Shown here: positions 46,604 through 57,379 of the stretch, in pieces | How positions within the stretch are numbered: the first letter of the stretch is position 1 | How the letters are laid out: each line of letters begins with the position of its first letter | Assembly: GCA_965240325.2 (NCBI GenBank) | Contig: OZ251239.1 | Span: 496,001 to 560,000, forward strand | DNA: 64,000 nt | Reading direction: 5' to 3' | From: Rebecca billardiae RCC1528 | Taxonomy: Eukaryota > Protista > Haptophyta | Translations under genes and position numbers: made by a program | The notes under the pieces: model-generated | Seen by the model: the letters and a program-made list of their open reading frames with translations, nothing else | Told to the model about the DNA's origin: nothing | The model's database searches: none

Positions 46604-47414
46604 GCCTTCCGAGTGTTGAAAGCGCGGCCGCGCCGGCGATGCACCAGGGCGCAAAAGGCCTCGCGCGTGGGCGTGCGCGGAGAAAGTCCGCGAATGAGCT
46701 CACCGCCCCGCTCCCGTGCCGTGCCGACGCCTCGTCAGCTCGCACGCGCGCCGGCTCGGCGGCGCTCGCCGACGCCTCGCTGCGCCAGGCCAATATGGCT
46801 GCGCCAAAGGCCGCCGCGCAATGCGAGAGTCCGGGCTGGTGTGGTTTGAAGCACCCGGACCGCTCGATCCACGCCACGGGGGGCCGGTACCTAGCCGGTT
46901 GGTCAGGCAGACAGGCACCGCCCGCACCGGCCGCGGCCGGCCGGGCCCGGGGCGGCGGCCCGCCCGTCCGCTTTAGTTACATGGGGCCCACGATAGACCC
47001 TGACTGATAAAGGTGGCCGCGCGCCTGAGCACCTCACGCGACACAGCGGCGCGCGGACCGGCGAGCCAGCCGCAGTACCGTGACCGAGCAGGCCGAGGGC
47101 GAGGGCAGGGCGGACGGCCGGCCACTCGGCCGACGAGTTCGCGGGCCCGCGGGCTCGGTTCACTCAGTCAGTGCCGACGAGCCGGTCGCCGGCCGCGAGA
47201 ATCGGATCCCAGCCGGCCGCGCGCGCCACGGCACGGTTGCGGCGGACCGATGACTGACCGATGACTGACCGGCCGGCGGCCGCCGGGCCGCTGGGCCTGC
47301 GTCGTCCGAACTGCTTCGACTGTCACGGGCCGACGCGGACACGCCCGCAACTGCTGGCGCATGGGGCGAGCAGCACGTGGCGCGTCAGACGGCATTGCTG
47401 CGAGGTCATCGCGC

Positions 47415-50400
47415 TCACGCCTCAGCGTGGCCTGGCACCGGTGGGGATGGCGCCGCGGGCGGCTCGTACGGCTCGAAGGGCTGACCCGTCTCCGGCGGCC
47501 GCCACTTGCGCGCTGCCTTCAGCTCGGAGTCGCGCGCCGGCTGCGCGCTATACTGCGGTGCATAGTGCGCCGAAAGATCGCGCGCGGCGTCATGCTCGCG
47601 CGCGGCGCCGGCCTCAGCCCGCTTGGAGAACGTCTTCGCGCGAGCCCGAGCGAGTGCCTCTGCCGAGTGCATATCCTCGGCCGCCGCCAGCGGCTCGTAA
47701 GGACGCCCGTCCTGCCGCGACTCGGGCGGAAACCACGGGATAGGCGAAGCCGAGTCACCGGGGCCGGGCTGCACGCCGTACTGCGGCGCATAGTGCGCCG
47801 TCAGCTCGCGCTCGAGCGGCGGCTCCAACTCCTCCTCGGGCCGCTTGGCGAGCGTCTTCTCTCGCGCACGGGCGAGCGCCTCCGCAGAGTGCTTGCCATC
47901 GCCCGCCGCCGGATGCAACTCGATCGGCGCCCCGACAGGCGATGGCGGCGAGCCACGCTCATAAGGCTCGAAGGGCTGACCCGTCTCCGGCGGCCGCCAC
48001 TTGCGCGCCGCCTTCAGCTCGGAATCGGGCCCGGGCTGCGCCAAATACTGCGGCGCATAGTGCGCGGAGAGCTCACGCTCGAGCGGCGGCTCGGGCTCGT
48101 CCTCAGGCCGCTTGGCGAGCGTCTTTGCCCGAGCTCGCGCGAGCGCGTCGGCCGAGTGCTTGCCGTCGTCATCGGCCGGCCGCGGCTCGTACCGCCGCCC
48201 GTCCTGCCTCGACTCTGGCGGCAGCCACTCGCGCACGCCGCCGGCATGGTCGGGCCCTGGCTGCGCGGAGTACTGCGGTGCATAGTGCGCGGTGAGCTCG
48301 CGTGCAGCCGCTGGCTCAGGCTCGTCCTCGGGCCGCTTGGCGAGCGTCTTTGCCCGAGCTCGCGCGAGCGCGTCGGCCGAGTGCTTGCCGTCGTCGTCGG
48401 CCGGCCGCGGCTCGTACCGCCGCCCGTCCTGCCTCGACTCTGGCGGGAGCCACTCGCGCACGCCGCCGGCATGGTCGGGCCCTGGCTGCGCAGAGTACTG
48501 CGGTGCATAGTGCGCGGTGAGCTCGCGTGCAGCCGCTGGCTCAGGCTCGTCCTCGGGCCGCTTGGCGAGCGTCTTTGCCCGAGCTCGCGCGAGCGCGTCG
48601 GCCGAGTGCTTGCCGTCGTCATCGGCCGGCCGCGGCTCGTACCGCCGCCCGTCCTGCCTCGACTCTGGCGGGAGCCACTCGCGCACGCCGCCGGCATGGT
48701 CGGGCCCTGGCTGCGCCGAGTACTGCGGTGCATAGTGCGCGGTGAGCTCGCGTGCAGCCGCTGGCTCAGGCTCGTCCTCGGGCCGCTTGGCGAGCGTCTT
48801 TGCCCGAGCGCGCGCGAGCGCGTCGGCCGAGTGCTTGCCGTCGTCGTCGGCCGGCCGCGGCTCGTACCGCCGCCCGTCCTGCCTCGACTCTGGCGGGAGC
48901 CACTCGCGCACGCCGCCGGCATGGTCGGGCCCTGGCTGCGCGGAGTACTGCGGTGCAAAGTGCGCGGTGAGCTCGCGTGCAGCCGCTGGCTCAGGCTCGT
49001 CCTCGGGCCGCTTGGCGAGCGTCTTTGCCCGAGCTCGCGCGAGCGCGTCGGCCGAGTGCTTGCCGTCGTCGTCGGCCGGCCGCGGCTCGTACCGCCGCCC
49101 GTCCTGCCTCGACTCTGGCGGGAGCCACTCGCGCACGCCGCCGGCATGGTCGGGCCCTGGCTGCGCCGAGTACTGCGGTGCAAAGTGCGCGGTGAGCTCG
49201 CGTGCAGCCGCTGGCTCAGGCTCGTCCTCGGGCCGCTTGGCGAGCGTCTTTGCCCGAGCTCGCGCGAGCGCGTCGGCCGAGTGCTTGCCGTCGTCGTCGG
49301 CCGGCCGCGGCTCGTACCGCCGCCCGTCCTGCCTCGACTCTGGCGGCAGCCACTCGCGCACGCCGCCGGCATGGTCGGGCCCTGGCTGCGCGGAGTACTG
49401 CGGTGCATAGTGCGCGGTGAGCTCGCGCGCAGCCGCTGGCTCTAACTCGTCCTCAGGCCGCTTGGCGAGCGTCTTTGCCCGAGCGCGCGAGAGCGCGTCG
49501 GCCGAGTGCTTGCCGTCGTCATCGGCCGGCCGCGGCTCGTACCGCCGCCCGTCCTGCCTCGACTCTGGCGGCAGCCACTCGCGCACGCCGCCGGCATGGT
49601 CGGGCCCGGGTGGCGCCGAGTACTGCGGTGCATAGTGCGCGGTGAGCTCACGAGCAGCCACCGCTCCGACCTCATCCTCCGGCTTGGTCGCGAGCGTCTT
49701 CGCCCGAGCGCGCGCGAGCGCGTCGGCCGAGTGCTTGCCGTCGTCATCGGCCGGCCGCGGCTCGTACCGCCGCCCGTCCTGCCTCGACTCTGGCGGGAGC
49801 CACTCGCGCACGCCGCCGGCATGGTCGGGCCCTGGCTGCGCCGAGTACTGCGGTGCAAAGTGCGCGGTGAGCTCGCGCGCAGCCGCTGGCTCTAGCTCGT
49901 CCTCAGGCCGCTTGGCGAGCGTCTTCGCCCGAGCGCGCGCGAGCGCGTCGGCCGAGTGCTTGCCGTCGTCGTCGGCCGGCCGCGGCTCGTACCGCCGCCC
50001 GTCCTGCCTCGACTCTGGCGGGAGCCACTCGCGCACGCCGCCGGCATGGTCGGGCCCGGGTGGCGCCGAGTACTGCGGTGCATAGTGCGCGGTGAGCTCA
50101 CGAGCAGCCACCGCTCCGACCTCATCCTCCGGCTTGGTCGCGAGCGTCTTCGCCCGAGCGCGCGCGAGCGCGTCGGCCGAGTGCTTGCCGTCGTCATCGG
50201 CCGGCCGCGGCTCGTACCGCCGCCCGTCCTGCCTCGACTCTGGCGGGAGCCACTCGCGCACGCCGCCGGCATGGTCGGGCCCTGGCTGCGCCGAGTACTG
50301 CGGTGCAAAGTGCGCGGTGAGCTCGCGCGCAGCCGCTGGCTCTAGCTCGTCCTCAGGCCGCTTGGCGAGCGTCTTCGCCCGAGCGCGCGCGAGCGCGTCG

Positions 50401-53249
50401 GCCGAGTGCTTGCCGTCGTCGTCGGCCGGCCGCGGCTCGTACCGCCGCCCGTCCTGCCTCGACTCTGGCGGGAGCCACTCGCGCACGCCGCCGGCATGGT
50501 CGGGCCCCGGCTGCGCCGAGTACTGCGGTGCATAGTGCGCGGTGAGCTCACGAGCAGCCGCCGCCCCGACCTCATCCTCCGGCTTGGTCGCGAGCGTCTT
50601 TGCCCGAGCGCGCGCGAGCGCGTCGGCCGAGTGCTTGCCGTCGTCATCGGCCGGCCGCGGCTCGTACCGCCGCCCGTCCTGCCTCGACTCTGGCGGGAGC
50701 CACTCGCGCACGCCGCCGGCATGGTCGGGCCCTGGCTGCGCGGAGTACTGCGGTGCAAAGTGCGCGGTGAGCTCGCGTGCAGCCACCGCTCCGACCTCAT
50801 CCTCCGGCTTGGTCGCGAGCGTCTTTGCCCGAGCGCGCGAGAGCGCGTCGGCCGAGTGCTTGCCGTCGTCGTCGGCCGGCCGCGGCTCGTACCGCCGCCC
50901 GTCCTGCCTCGACTCTGGCGGGAGCCACTCGCGCACGCCGCCGGCATGGTCGGGCCCTGGCTGCGCGGAGTACTGCGGCGCAAAGTGCGCGGTGAGCTCA
51001 CGCGCAGCCGCCGCTCCGACCTCATCCTCCGGCTTGGTCGCGAGCGTCTTTGCCCGAGCGCGCGAGAGCGCGTCGGCCGAGTGCTTGCCGTCATCGTCGG
51101 CCGGCCGCGGCTCGTACCGCCGCCCGTCCTGCCTCGACTCTGGCGGCAGCCACTCGCGCACGCCGCCGGCATGGTCGGGCCCTGGCTGCGCGGAGTACTG
51201 CGGCGCAAAGTGCGCGGTGAGCTCACGCGCAGCCGCCGCTCCGACCTCATCCTCCGGCTTGGTCGCGAGCGTCTTTGCCCGAGCGCGCGAGAGCGCGTCG
51301 GCCGAGTGCTTGCCGTCATCGTCGGCCGGCCGCGGCTCGTACCGCCGCCCGTCCTGCCTCGACTCTGGCGGCAGCCACTCGCGCACGCCGCCGGCATGGT
51401 CGGGCCCTGGCTGCGCGGAGTACTGCGGTGCAAAGTGCGCGGTGAGCTCACGTGCAGCCGCCGCTCCGACCTCATCCTCCGGCTTGGTCGCGAGCGTCTT
51501 TGCCCGAGCGCGCGAGAGCGCGTCGGCCGAGTGCTTGCCGTCATCGTCGGCCGGCCGCGGCTCGTACCGCCGCCCGTCCTGCCTCGACTCTGGCGGCAGC
51601 CACTCGCGCACGCCGCCGGCATGGTCGGGCCCTGGCTGCGCGGAGTACTGCGGTGCAAAGTGCGCGGTGAGCTCACGCGCAGCCGCCGCTCCGACCTCAT
51701 CCTCCGGCTTGGTCGCGAGCGTCTTTGCCCGAGCGCGCGAGAGCGCGTCGGCCGAGTGCTTGCCGTCATCGTCGGCCGGCCGCGGCTCGTACCGCCGCCC
51801 GTCCTGCCTCGACTCTGGCGGGAGCCACTCGCGCATGCCGTCCGCGCCATCGGGCCCCGGCGGCGCCGTGTACTGTGGAGCATGATGTGATGTCAGCTGG
51901 CGCCGTGCAGGCGAGCCCACCTCCGCCACCGGTCGCTTTGCCAGCGTCTTTGCACGTGCGCGGGCAAGGGCGTCTGCCGAGTGCCTGTCGCCAGACAGAG
52001 GCCGCTGGGGCTTGTCCAGCTTGCCGTCCTGGCGCGATTCGGGCGGCAGCCACTCGCGCACGCCACCCACGCCATCCGGACCCCTCGGCGCCGCGTACTG
52101 CGGAGCGTGGTGTGCCGTCAGCTCGCGCTGCGCCGGCGACCGTGCAGCCTCTGCATCTGGATCTGGCCGCTTCGAGAGTGTCTTGGCACGAGCGAGGGCG
52201 AGTGCATCGGCAGAGTGCTTGTCTCTGGATGCCGACCGGCGTGGCTGACTCCGGTGGCCGTCCTGCCGAGATTCGGGTGGCAGCCACTCGCGCACGCCGC
52301 TCGCGTCGTCTGGACCTCGCGGCGCAGCGTACTGCGGCGCTTGATGGCCCATCAGCTCGCGCCGCGCTGGCAGTGTGGCCGCAGGCTCGGGCCGTTTGGC
52401 GAGCGTCTTGACACGAGCCAGAGCGAGCGCGTCGGCCGAGTGCGCGTCGCCCGACCGAGAGTGGCGTGGCTGGTTCCGCTGCCCATCCTGTCGCGACTCT
52501 GGCGGCAGCCACTGGCGCACGCCGCTCGTGTCGTCCGGGCCGCGTGGCACACTGTACTGCGGTGCGCTGTGCGAGGTCACGTTGCGCCGCGCCGGCGTCG
52601 CGGACTCCTCCTCCGGCCGCTTGGTCAGCGTCTTGGCGCGAGCGCGAGCGAGTGCATCTGGCGAGTGCTTGTCACCGGAGGAAGGCCGGCGTGGCTGACT
52701 CCGACGCCCGTCCTGCCGCGACTCCGGCGGCAGGTACGGGCGCAGCGTGAATGAGTCCTCCGCGTCACCACCTCGGCGCGCAAAGGTCTCCGGGGAGATC
52801 CCAGAGGGTGACGCCGGCTTGGTGGTCGCGGAGAGGCCGAGCGCAGTGCGGCGAGCCGATGCTCCAGTCGATTCGCGCGACGCGCTGGCAGGGGGCATGC
52901 TGCCCACCGTCCCCGAGAGCAGCTTGCGCGTGCCCCGCTGCTGCGACATCCCCGATGACGCAAGGTCGTCAACGAAGTACCCGCGCAGCGTGCGCGGCGA
53001 TCGCGAGGCGGACGTGTCCGTACGTCGATCGCGGATGCCCTGCGTCACCTTTCGCTTGGCGAGCGCGAGCGCCTCCGGCGAGTGCGAGTTGATGACGTCG
53101 GTCGAGGCCATGGTCGTGAGCGACGCCCGCGCCCACGCCCAGTGTTCGGCGCTGAGAAATCGGGGCAGGTTGATGCCCACGGCTTGGCCGGCTGCTCGAG
53201 TAACGATCGAGTCATTTTTTTGTAGTCGCCATGCAGCTTGGTCCGCCAT
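47415..53249 (-). CDS. 1,944-aa unknown protein made of ~23 copies of a 75-aa repeat
   Basis: Uninterrupted ORF. Degenerate terminal repeats keep HxAPQY, WLPPESRQDG and HSADALARARAKT while the DNA diverges, supporting coding on this strand. Confidence 0.85.
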   Translation of the reverse strand: MADQAAWRLQKNDSIVTRAAGQAVGINLPRFLSAEHWAWARASLTTMASTDVINSHSPEALALAKRKVTQGIRDRRTDTSASRSPRTLRGYFVDDLASSGMSQQRGTRKLLSGTVGSMPPASASRESTGASARRTALGLSATTKPASPSGISPETFARRGGDAEDSFTLRPYLPPESRQDGRRSQPRRPSSGDKHSPDALARARAKTLTKRPEEESATPARRNVTSHSAPQYSVPRGPDDTSGVRQWLPPESRQDGQRNQPRHSRSGDAHSADALALARVKTLAKRPEPAATLPARRELMGHQAPQYAAPRGPDDASGVREWLPPESRQDGHRSQPRRSASRDKHSADALALARAKTLSKRPDPDAEAARSPAQRELTAHHAPQYAAPRGPDGVGGVREWLPPESRQDGKLDKPQRPLSGDRHSADALARARAKTLAKRPVAEVGSPARRQLTSHHAPQYTAPPGPDGADGMREWLPPESRQDGRRYEPRPADDDGKHSADALSRARAKTLATKPEDEVGAAAARELTAHFAPQYSAQPGPDHAGGVREWLPPESRQDGRRYEPRPADDDGKHSADALSRARAKTLATKPEDEVGAAAARELTAHFAPQYSAQPGPDHAGGVREWLPPESRQDGRRYEPRPADDDGKHSADALSRARAKTLATKPEDEVGAAAARELTAHFAPQYSAQPGPDHAGGVREWLPPESRQDGRRYEPRPADDDGKHSADALSRARAKTLATKPEDEVGAAAARELTAHFAPQYSAQPGPDHAGGVREWLPPESRQDGRRYEPRPADDDGKHSADALSRARAKTLATKPEDEVGAVAARELTAHFAPQYSAQPGPDHAGGVREWLPPESRQDGRRYEPRPADDDGKHSADALARARAKTLATKPEDEVGAAAARELTAHYAPQYSAQPGPDHAGGVREWLPPESRQDGRRYEPRPADDDGKHSADALARARAKTLAKRPEDELEPAAARELTAHFAPQYSAQPGPDHAGGVREWLPPESRQDGRRYEPRPADDDGKHSADALARARAKTLATKPEDEVGAVAARELTAHYAPQYSAPPGPDHAGGVREWLPPESRQDGRRYEPRPADDDGKHSADALARARAKTLAKRPEDELEPAAARELTAHFAPQYSAQPGPDHAGGVREWLPPESRQDGRRYEPRPADDDGKHSADALARARAKTLATKPEDEVGAVAARELTAHYAPQYSAPPGPDHAGGVREWLPPESRQDGRRYEPRPADDDGKHSADALSRARAKTLAKRPEDELEPAAARELTAHYAPQYSAQPGPDHAGGVREWLPPESRQDGRRYEPRPADDDGKHSADALARARAKTLAKRPEDEPEPAAARELTAHFAPQYSAQPGPDHAGGVREWLPPESRQDGRRYEPRPADDDGKHSADALARARAKTLAKRPEDEPEPAAARELTAHFAPQYSAQPGPDHAGGVREWLPPESRQDGRRYEPRPADDDGKHSADALARARAKTLAKRPEDEPEPAAARELTAHYAPQYSAQPGPDHAGGVREWLPPESRQDGRRYEPRPADDDGKHSADALARARAKTLAKRPEDEPEPAAARELTAHYAPQYSAQPGPDHAGGVREWLPPESRQDGRRYEPRPADDDGKHSADALARARAKTLAKRPEDEPEPAAARELTAHYAPQYSAQPGPDHAGGVREWLPPESRQDGRRYEPRPADDDGKHSADALARARAKTLAKRPEDEPEPPLERELSAHYAPQYLAQPGPDSELKAARKWRPPETGQPFEPYERGSPPSPVGAPIELHPAAGDGKHSAEALARAREKTLAKRPEEELEPPLERELTAHYAPQYGVQPGPGDSASPIPWFPPESRQDGRPYEPLAAAEDMHSAEALARARAKTFSKRAEAGAAREHDAARDLSAHYAPQYSAQPARDSELKAARKWRPPETGQPFEPYEPPAAPSPPVPGHAEA
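48060..51890. repeat. 225-bp near-identical tandem array (about 17 units) inside the repeat-protein gene
   Basis: Exact 225-bp period (48292, 48517, 48742 ... 51667). Confidence 0.97.
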
Positions 53250-53451
53250 CGTCCTTGCGACCGCTGAATCGCTTGCTGCCTTCTTGGCGCGCGACGGCCG
53301 ACGCGGCGACGCCGGACCAGCGCATCTACCAGTCCCTACCCGGGGAGCTCACCGCCGACGACGACGATGCGTCGCGCGCAAAGCAACGCCCGCGCCAGGG
53401 CGTGAGGGCACAGCTCAGCCAGGCGACGCGCGCAAGCTCGCCTAGCCCGCA

Positions 53452-54516
53452 TTAATTGCCGCCGCTCGCCGGATCCTCCCGCGCCGGCGGCGCTGGCGGC
53501 GGCTCGGCGGTGCGCGGCGCGGCACGCGCGCCGTGCCTGAGCCGTCTTTCCCAGCGCGCGTGATCGGCCGTGGAGAGGTCGTCGCCATCGCGTACGAGCA
53601 GGTCGAGGTAGCGCGTCAGCCGCTCGAGCTCGTCGTCCGCCTCGCGATTCGCCGCGATGGTCATGCCCCGGCACGGCCGGATCTTGAGCCCCGAGCCCGG
53701 GTTCATCAAAAAGTTGCGCGACAGGTCGTCGATGTGGAGCGTGTTGGCCGGCGTGTAGTGCGCCGGGAACTGGCCCCAGAGCACGCCGAGCGGCTTGACC
53801 TCGATGGCGCCGTACCGCTCGGTGTGCACGGTGACCATGGCGGACGAGCACACCAGCATCGCCAGCTTGTACACCGGGTGGTCCAGCACGCCCAGCTCGC
53901 CCATCTTGAGCTCGATCCAGCGCATCGACGTGGCGCTCCAGATCACGAGGTCCCAGTGCTCGTACGCGGCGGCGAGGAACTCGTGGAGGTACGGCCGGCC
54001 GAGCTCGCGCGCGGACTCGGCGGGCGAGCGGTGGTCGAAGAGGGTGTAGTCCACGTCGAGCACGAGGCAGCGCTTGCCCTCGCGCGGGCCCGCGAGCACC
54101 TTCGGCTTGTACGTGCGCACGCGCTGCTCGATCTTGGCGAGGTAGTCTGGGTGGGCGCTCACGTGCGGCGCGTCGGCCGTGTCGATGTCCGCGAGGTCGT
54201 CGAGGACGGTGGCCTGCGCCTCGAGGCCCGCCGCCTCGGCGGCCGCAAGGGCCGTGTGCTCCTCCTCGGGCGAGCCCATCATCATCAGCCGGTGGCCGGG
54301 CTTGAGGCCAGGCCGCGCGACGAGCGGCGCATCGTCCGCGCCGCCCTTCGGGAGGCCGAGCAGCTTCTGCCGCTTGGGCCCGACGCCCGTCGCCGCACTG
54401 ACGGCCTGTTGGAGGTCATCGACCGTGTCCGTCGCTCGCAGCGGGATGCGGTAGTCGTTGCCCCGCCACTTCACGATCACCTCCGCCGCGGGCGCGCCGC
54501 CGTCCTCCGTGGCCAT
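53452..54516 (-). CDS. UBLCP1: Ubiquitin-like domain-containing CTD phosphatase 1
   Basis: UBL (VKWRG, TGVGPKRQKLLGL, LMMMGS) plus HAD phosphatase LVLDVDYTLFDH, RPYLHEFL, IWSATSM, VKPLGVLW, DDLSRNFLMNP. Confidence 0.93.
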   Translation of the reverse strand: MATEDGGAPAAEVIVKWRGNDYRIPLRATDTVDDLQQAVSAATGVGPKRQKLLGLPKGGADDAPLVARPGLKPGHRLMMMGSPEEEHTALAAAEAAGLEAQATVLDDLADIDTADAPHVSAHPDYLAKIEQRVRTYKPKVLAGPREGKRCLVLDVDYTLFDHRSPAESARELGRPYLHEFLAAAYEHWDLVIWSATSMRWIELKMGELGVLDHPVYKLAMLVCSSAMVTVHTERYGAIEVKPLGVLWGQFPAHYTPANTLHIDDLSRNFLMNPGSGLKIRPCRGMTIAANREADDELERLTRYLDLLVRDGDDLSTADHARWERRLRHGARAAPRTAEPPPAPPAREDPASGGN

Positions 54517-54651
54517 CGCGATCCACCACGGCGCGAGCGCCGCTGCCGAGCGAGGTCTGGCAGACTCAAGAGTCAAGACTGGCACCGGACATCGCGGCAT
54601 CGCGCGCGAACTCGTGAGTCGATCAGGGCCAGCGATGGCCGCCAGGGCTGG

Positions 54652-56235
54652 ATGACAGCGCCCACCCTCCCCTCCGCGTGGCTTGCCGTGGCATGCTGCG
54701 TGTGCGGCGCGCGCGCGCAGTGGGGCGGCGCCAGGCTGGCCGCCCACCCTCCCCTCCGCGCGTACGGCCCGCGCCCGGCGTGGCCGCAGCCCGTCTTCGA
54801 GCCGCAGCGCAATGCGACCGCGTGGCAGCTCGATGTCCACGCGGAGATCAAGCAGGCGAGCAAGCTGTGGGCGCTTGCCGCGCGCAGCGGCGCGCCGCTG
54901 GGCGCGCCCGCGCGCATGCACTCGTACGCCGGCGGCGCCCAGCTGCCGCGCGTCGGCGTGGTGTGCATCGCGCGCGACGAGGGCGAACGCATCGCCGCCT
55001 GGGCGGCCTACTATTTGCACGTGCTGCGCGCGGCGCGCGTCTTCGTCTTCGACAATGGCGTGTCCGAGGCGGAGCGCGCGCCGATGCGCGCCGCGCTCGC
55101 GCCGTTCGCGCGCTCCGTCGCGTACGTCGAGTTCCCGCCGCGCGCGCACCCGCTCGGCCAGCTCGCCGCGTACAACTCTGAGCTCGTGCACTCAGATCGC
55201 AATCTCGACTGGCTGCTGTATCTCGACGTGGACGAGATCCTGGTGCTGCGCCACGCGGCGGTGCGCACGCTGCCGGCGCTGGCGGCGCTGCTCGAGCGCG
55301 CGCCGGGGAGACCGATCGTCGCCGCCGAGATCAACCACCGCTACGTCGGCAGGCAGCACGCCGGCGCAGCCGAGCCCGAGCTCGGCGACCGCGCGCGCGA
55401 CACGGCGGGCGCGATGCGCGCGCAGACGCGCCTCACGGACGAGAGCTTCTGCGACGTGCCCGGCACGTGGCGCCGATCTGGCGGCGCCGGCTCGCTGGCG
55501 GGCGCGATGGGGAACACGCAGGTGAAGACCCTCGCCCGGCGCGGCGCGCGGCTGATGGGCGTGCACAGGCTCGGAGGGCTCTCCGCTGCGCACGCCTGGC
55601 AGCTGCTGCTTCACGAGCGCGTGCCAGCCGCCTTCCTCCTGCCCAGGCGGCGCGGCTCGGCGCAGCCGCTGCCGCGCGTGGTGAGGCTCAGCGCGGGCGT
55701 GCGCGGGTGCGCGCCGGGCGCGGACGCGCGCGCCGCCGCGGGCGCGGACGCGCCGCCGGGCGCGCGCGCGGCCTGCTGCTGGCTCGACTTTACCCACGTG
55801 CATATCAACCACTACCACGCGACTAGCGCGGCGCAGGTCGAGCGAGTCTCGCGCCGCGGCTTTGCGCACGGCGGCCTGCGGTGCGACCGGCCGCTGGTGT
55901 GGAGCGACGCGGCCGGCCGCTGCGTCGACGCGGCCGTGGGCTCCGCGCAGCTCGCGCCGCGCGCGGCGGGCGCGTACGCCGTGCAAGCCGCCGCCGCCGC
56001 CGCCGGCAGCAGCGGCGAGTACAGGCACGCGATGGCGGAGGCGGTGGACCGAGCGGCCGCCGCCACGGAGGAGGACCGCTTCCTCGCGGACGAGCTCGCG
56101 GACGAGGTCGAGGCGTTTGCGCGCGCGTGCGCGCGGCGCTGCGACGACGACAGTGGCGGCGGCCGCGCCTCGCCGGCCGTGAGGGCTCGGTGCGCCCACC
56201 TCGAAAGATCGCACGCGCGCACGGGCGGGTGCTGA
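54652..56235 (+). CDS. Putative glycosyltransferase (GT92/GT2-like)
   Basis: Signal-like N-terminus; IARDEGERIAAWAAYY, VFDNG, WLLYLDVDEIL, INHY. Confidence 0.72.
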   Translation: MTAPTLPSAWLAVACCVCGARAQWGGARLAAHPPLRAYGPRPAWPQPVFEPQRNATAWQLDVHAEIKQASKLWALAARSGAPLGAPARMHSYAGGAQLPRVGVVCIARDEGERIAAWAAYYLHVLRAARVFVFDNGVSEAERAPMRAALAPFARSVAYVEFPPRAHPLGQLAAYNSELVHSDRNLDWLLYLDVDEILVLRHAAVRTLPALAALLERAPGRPIVAAEINHRYVGRQHAGAAEPELGDRARDTAGAMRAQTRLTDESFCDVPGTWRRSGGAGSLAGAMGNTQVKTLARRGARLMGVHRLGGLSAAHAWQLLLHERVPAAFLLPRRRGSAQPLPRVVRLSAGVRGCAPGADARAAAGADAPPGARAACCWLDFTHVHINHYHATSAAQVERVSRRGFAHGGLRCDRPLVWSDAAGRCVDAAVGSAQLAPRAAGAYAVQAAAAAAGSSGEYRHAMAEAVDRAAAATEEDRFLADELADEVEAFARACARRCDDDSGGGRASPAVRARCAHLERSHARTGGC

Positions 56236-57379
56236 CAATGATCATGGCGCCGGCGATATACATAGACGAATATATATCGCTAGTCTCAGTTTCTAGGCCA
56301 GATCCGCGCAGCAGATCATTTGTATCAAGCCCGGCAGTTTCTTCACGTGACAGCTCCTTATATTGCCCGCGATTGACCGCTGTCGTATCAGCCCGCTGGG
56401 CCGCTGGCACAGTCTGACCCTGTCATACTCTTAGTCTTACTTCGGACTGATATACTATATATATATAGTTATTATTATACTGCGCTAGTTACTAGTTCGG
56501 TTTCAACGCGCGGTCGACTGAGCCGGTCTGCATCCCGGTGGCGGTATACGGCACGTACTATACGACCGCGAGTCTCGTACTGATCAGTGATACTCGGTCC
56601 GGCGCGAGCGCGACGCGTCGTCGCGGATTGAACGGGGCGGATTAAGTGACGCCCCGCGTGACGGCGTCCATAACGTCAGTCCGATATACTGCTCGATCGC
56701 TACCTACGTATTTACTCAGCACTCACTCATGTCCGACTCTACTGCTTATCCGATGATCGCATATCACACTCTGTCACTCACGACACAGCAGTTATTCCGC
56801 ACGCAGCGACTGAGTGAGCGAGCTACAGCAGAGCCGTATCAGTTCGACACTTCGTCCGGGTTATTCAAGTCTACGTCCGAGTACCGAGTACTAGTATCAC
56901 CGACTACTAGCCGAAAGCAGGTAACTCGGTACTCATTAAAGTCAACGACTAGTTACAACTAGTATCGATATCGGGCCGCTCTAGAGTCTAGTGACTCTTT
57001 CCTCTTACGGCTGTAGCCCGTCGGTACTGACGCGCCCCGACTGAGTACTGCGACGCGGCACTTATATTAACTCATCACTGCTTATGTAAATATGCGACTT
57101 GCGAAATTACAGAATACTGCAGTCTCTAGTACTGCGAGTACGGTCATCCTGAGGCCCAGCTCGGCCGCCAGCTGATCATCATCAAGGTAGCCGGCGCTTT
57201 ATACGCGGTCGTCGACGCCGTACGACGCCATCCGCGCTCCGGCAGCACAGATCGGTGGCTACTGACTGCGGGCCTGGCCATGATCCGAGTCACTTTGCCC
57301 GCTTTGCCGCGTCGCCGGTCTGACGGGTCTGCTTGATATGATGACGATGCCGGGTGACACCACGAGCACGTCATCTTGG

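Noticed and set aside
47361-51890. Plus-strand repeat ORFs as overlapping genes
   Set aside because: Broken by stops in some units; degenerate flanking units conserve only the minus-strand protein
21755-54516. Ubiquitin-proteasome gene cluster (Kelch, Rpn13, F-box/RCC1, UBLCP1)
   Set aside because: The genes are interspersed with unrelated ones and come from large functional classes; chance is sufficient without synteny data
53533-54651. 900-aa ORF implying a long N-terminal extension of the glycosyltransferase
   Set aside because: The 5' part is antisense to UBLCP1; a signal-like sequence starts at Met 54652
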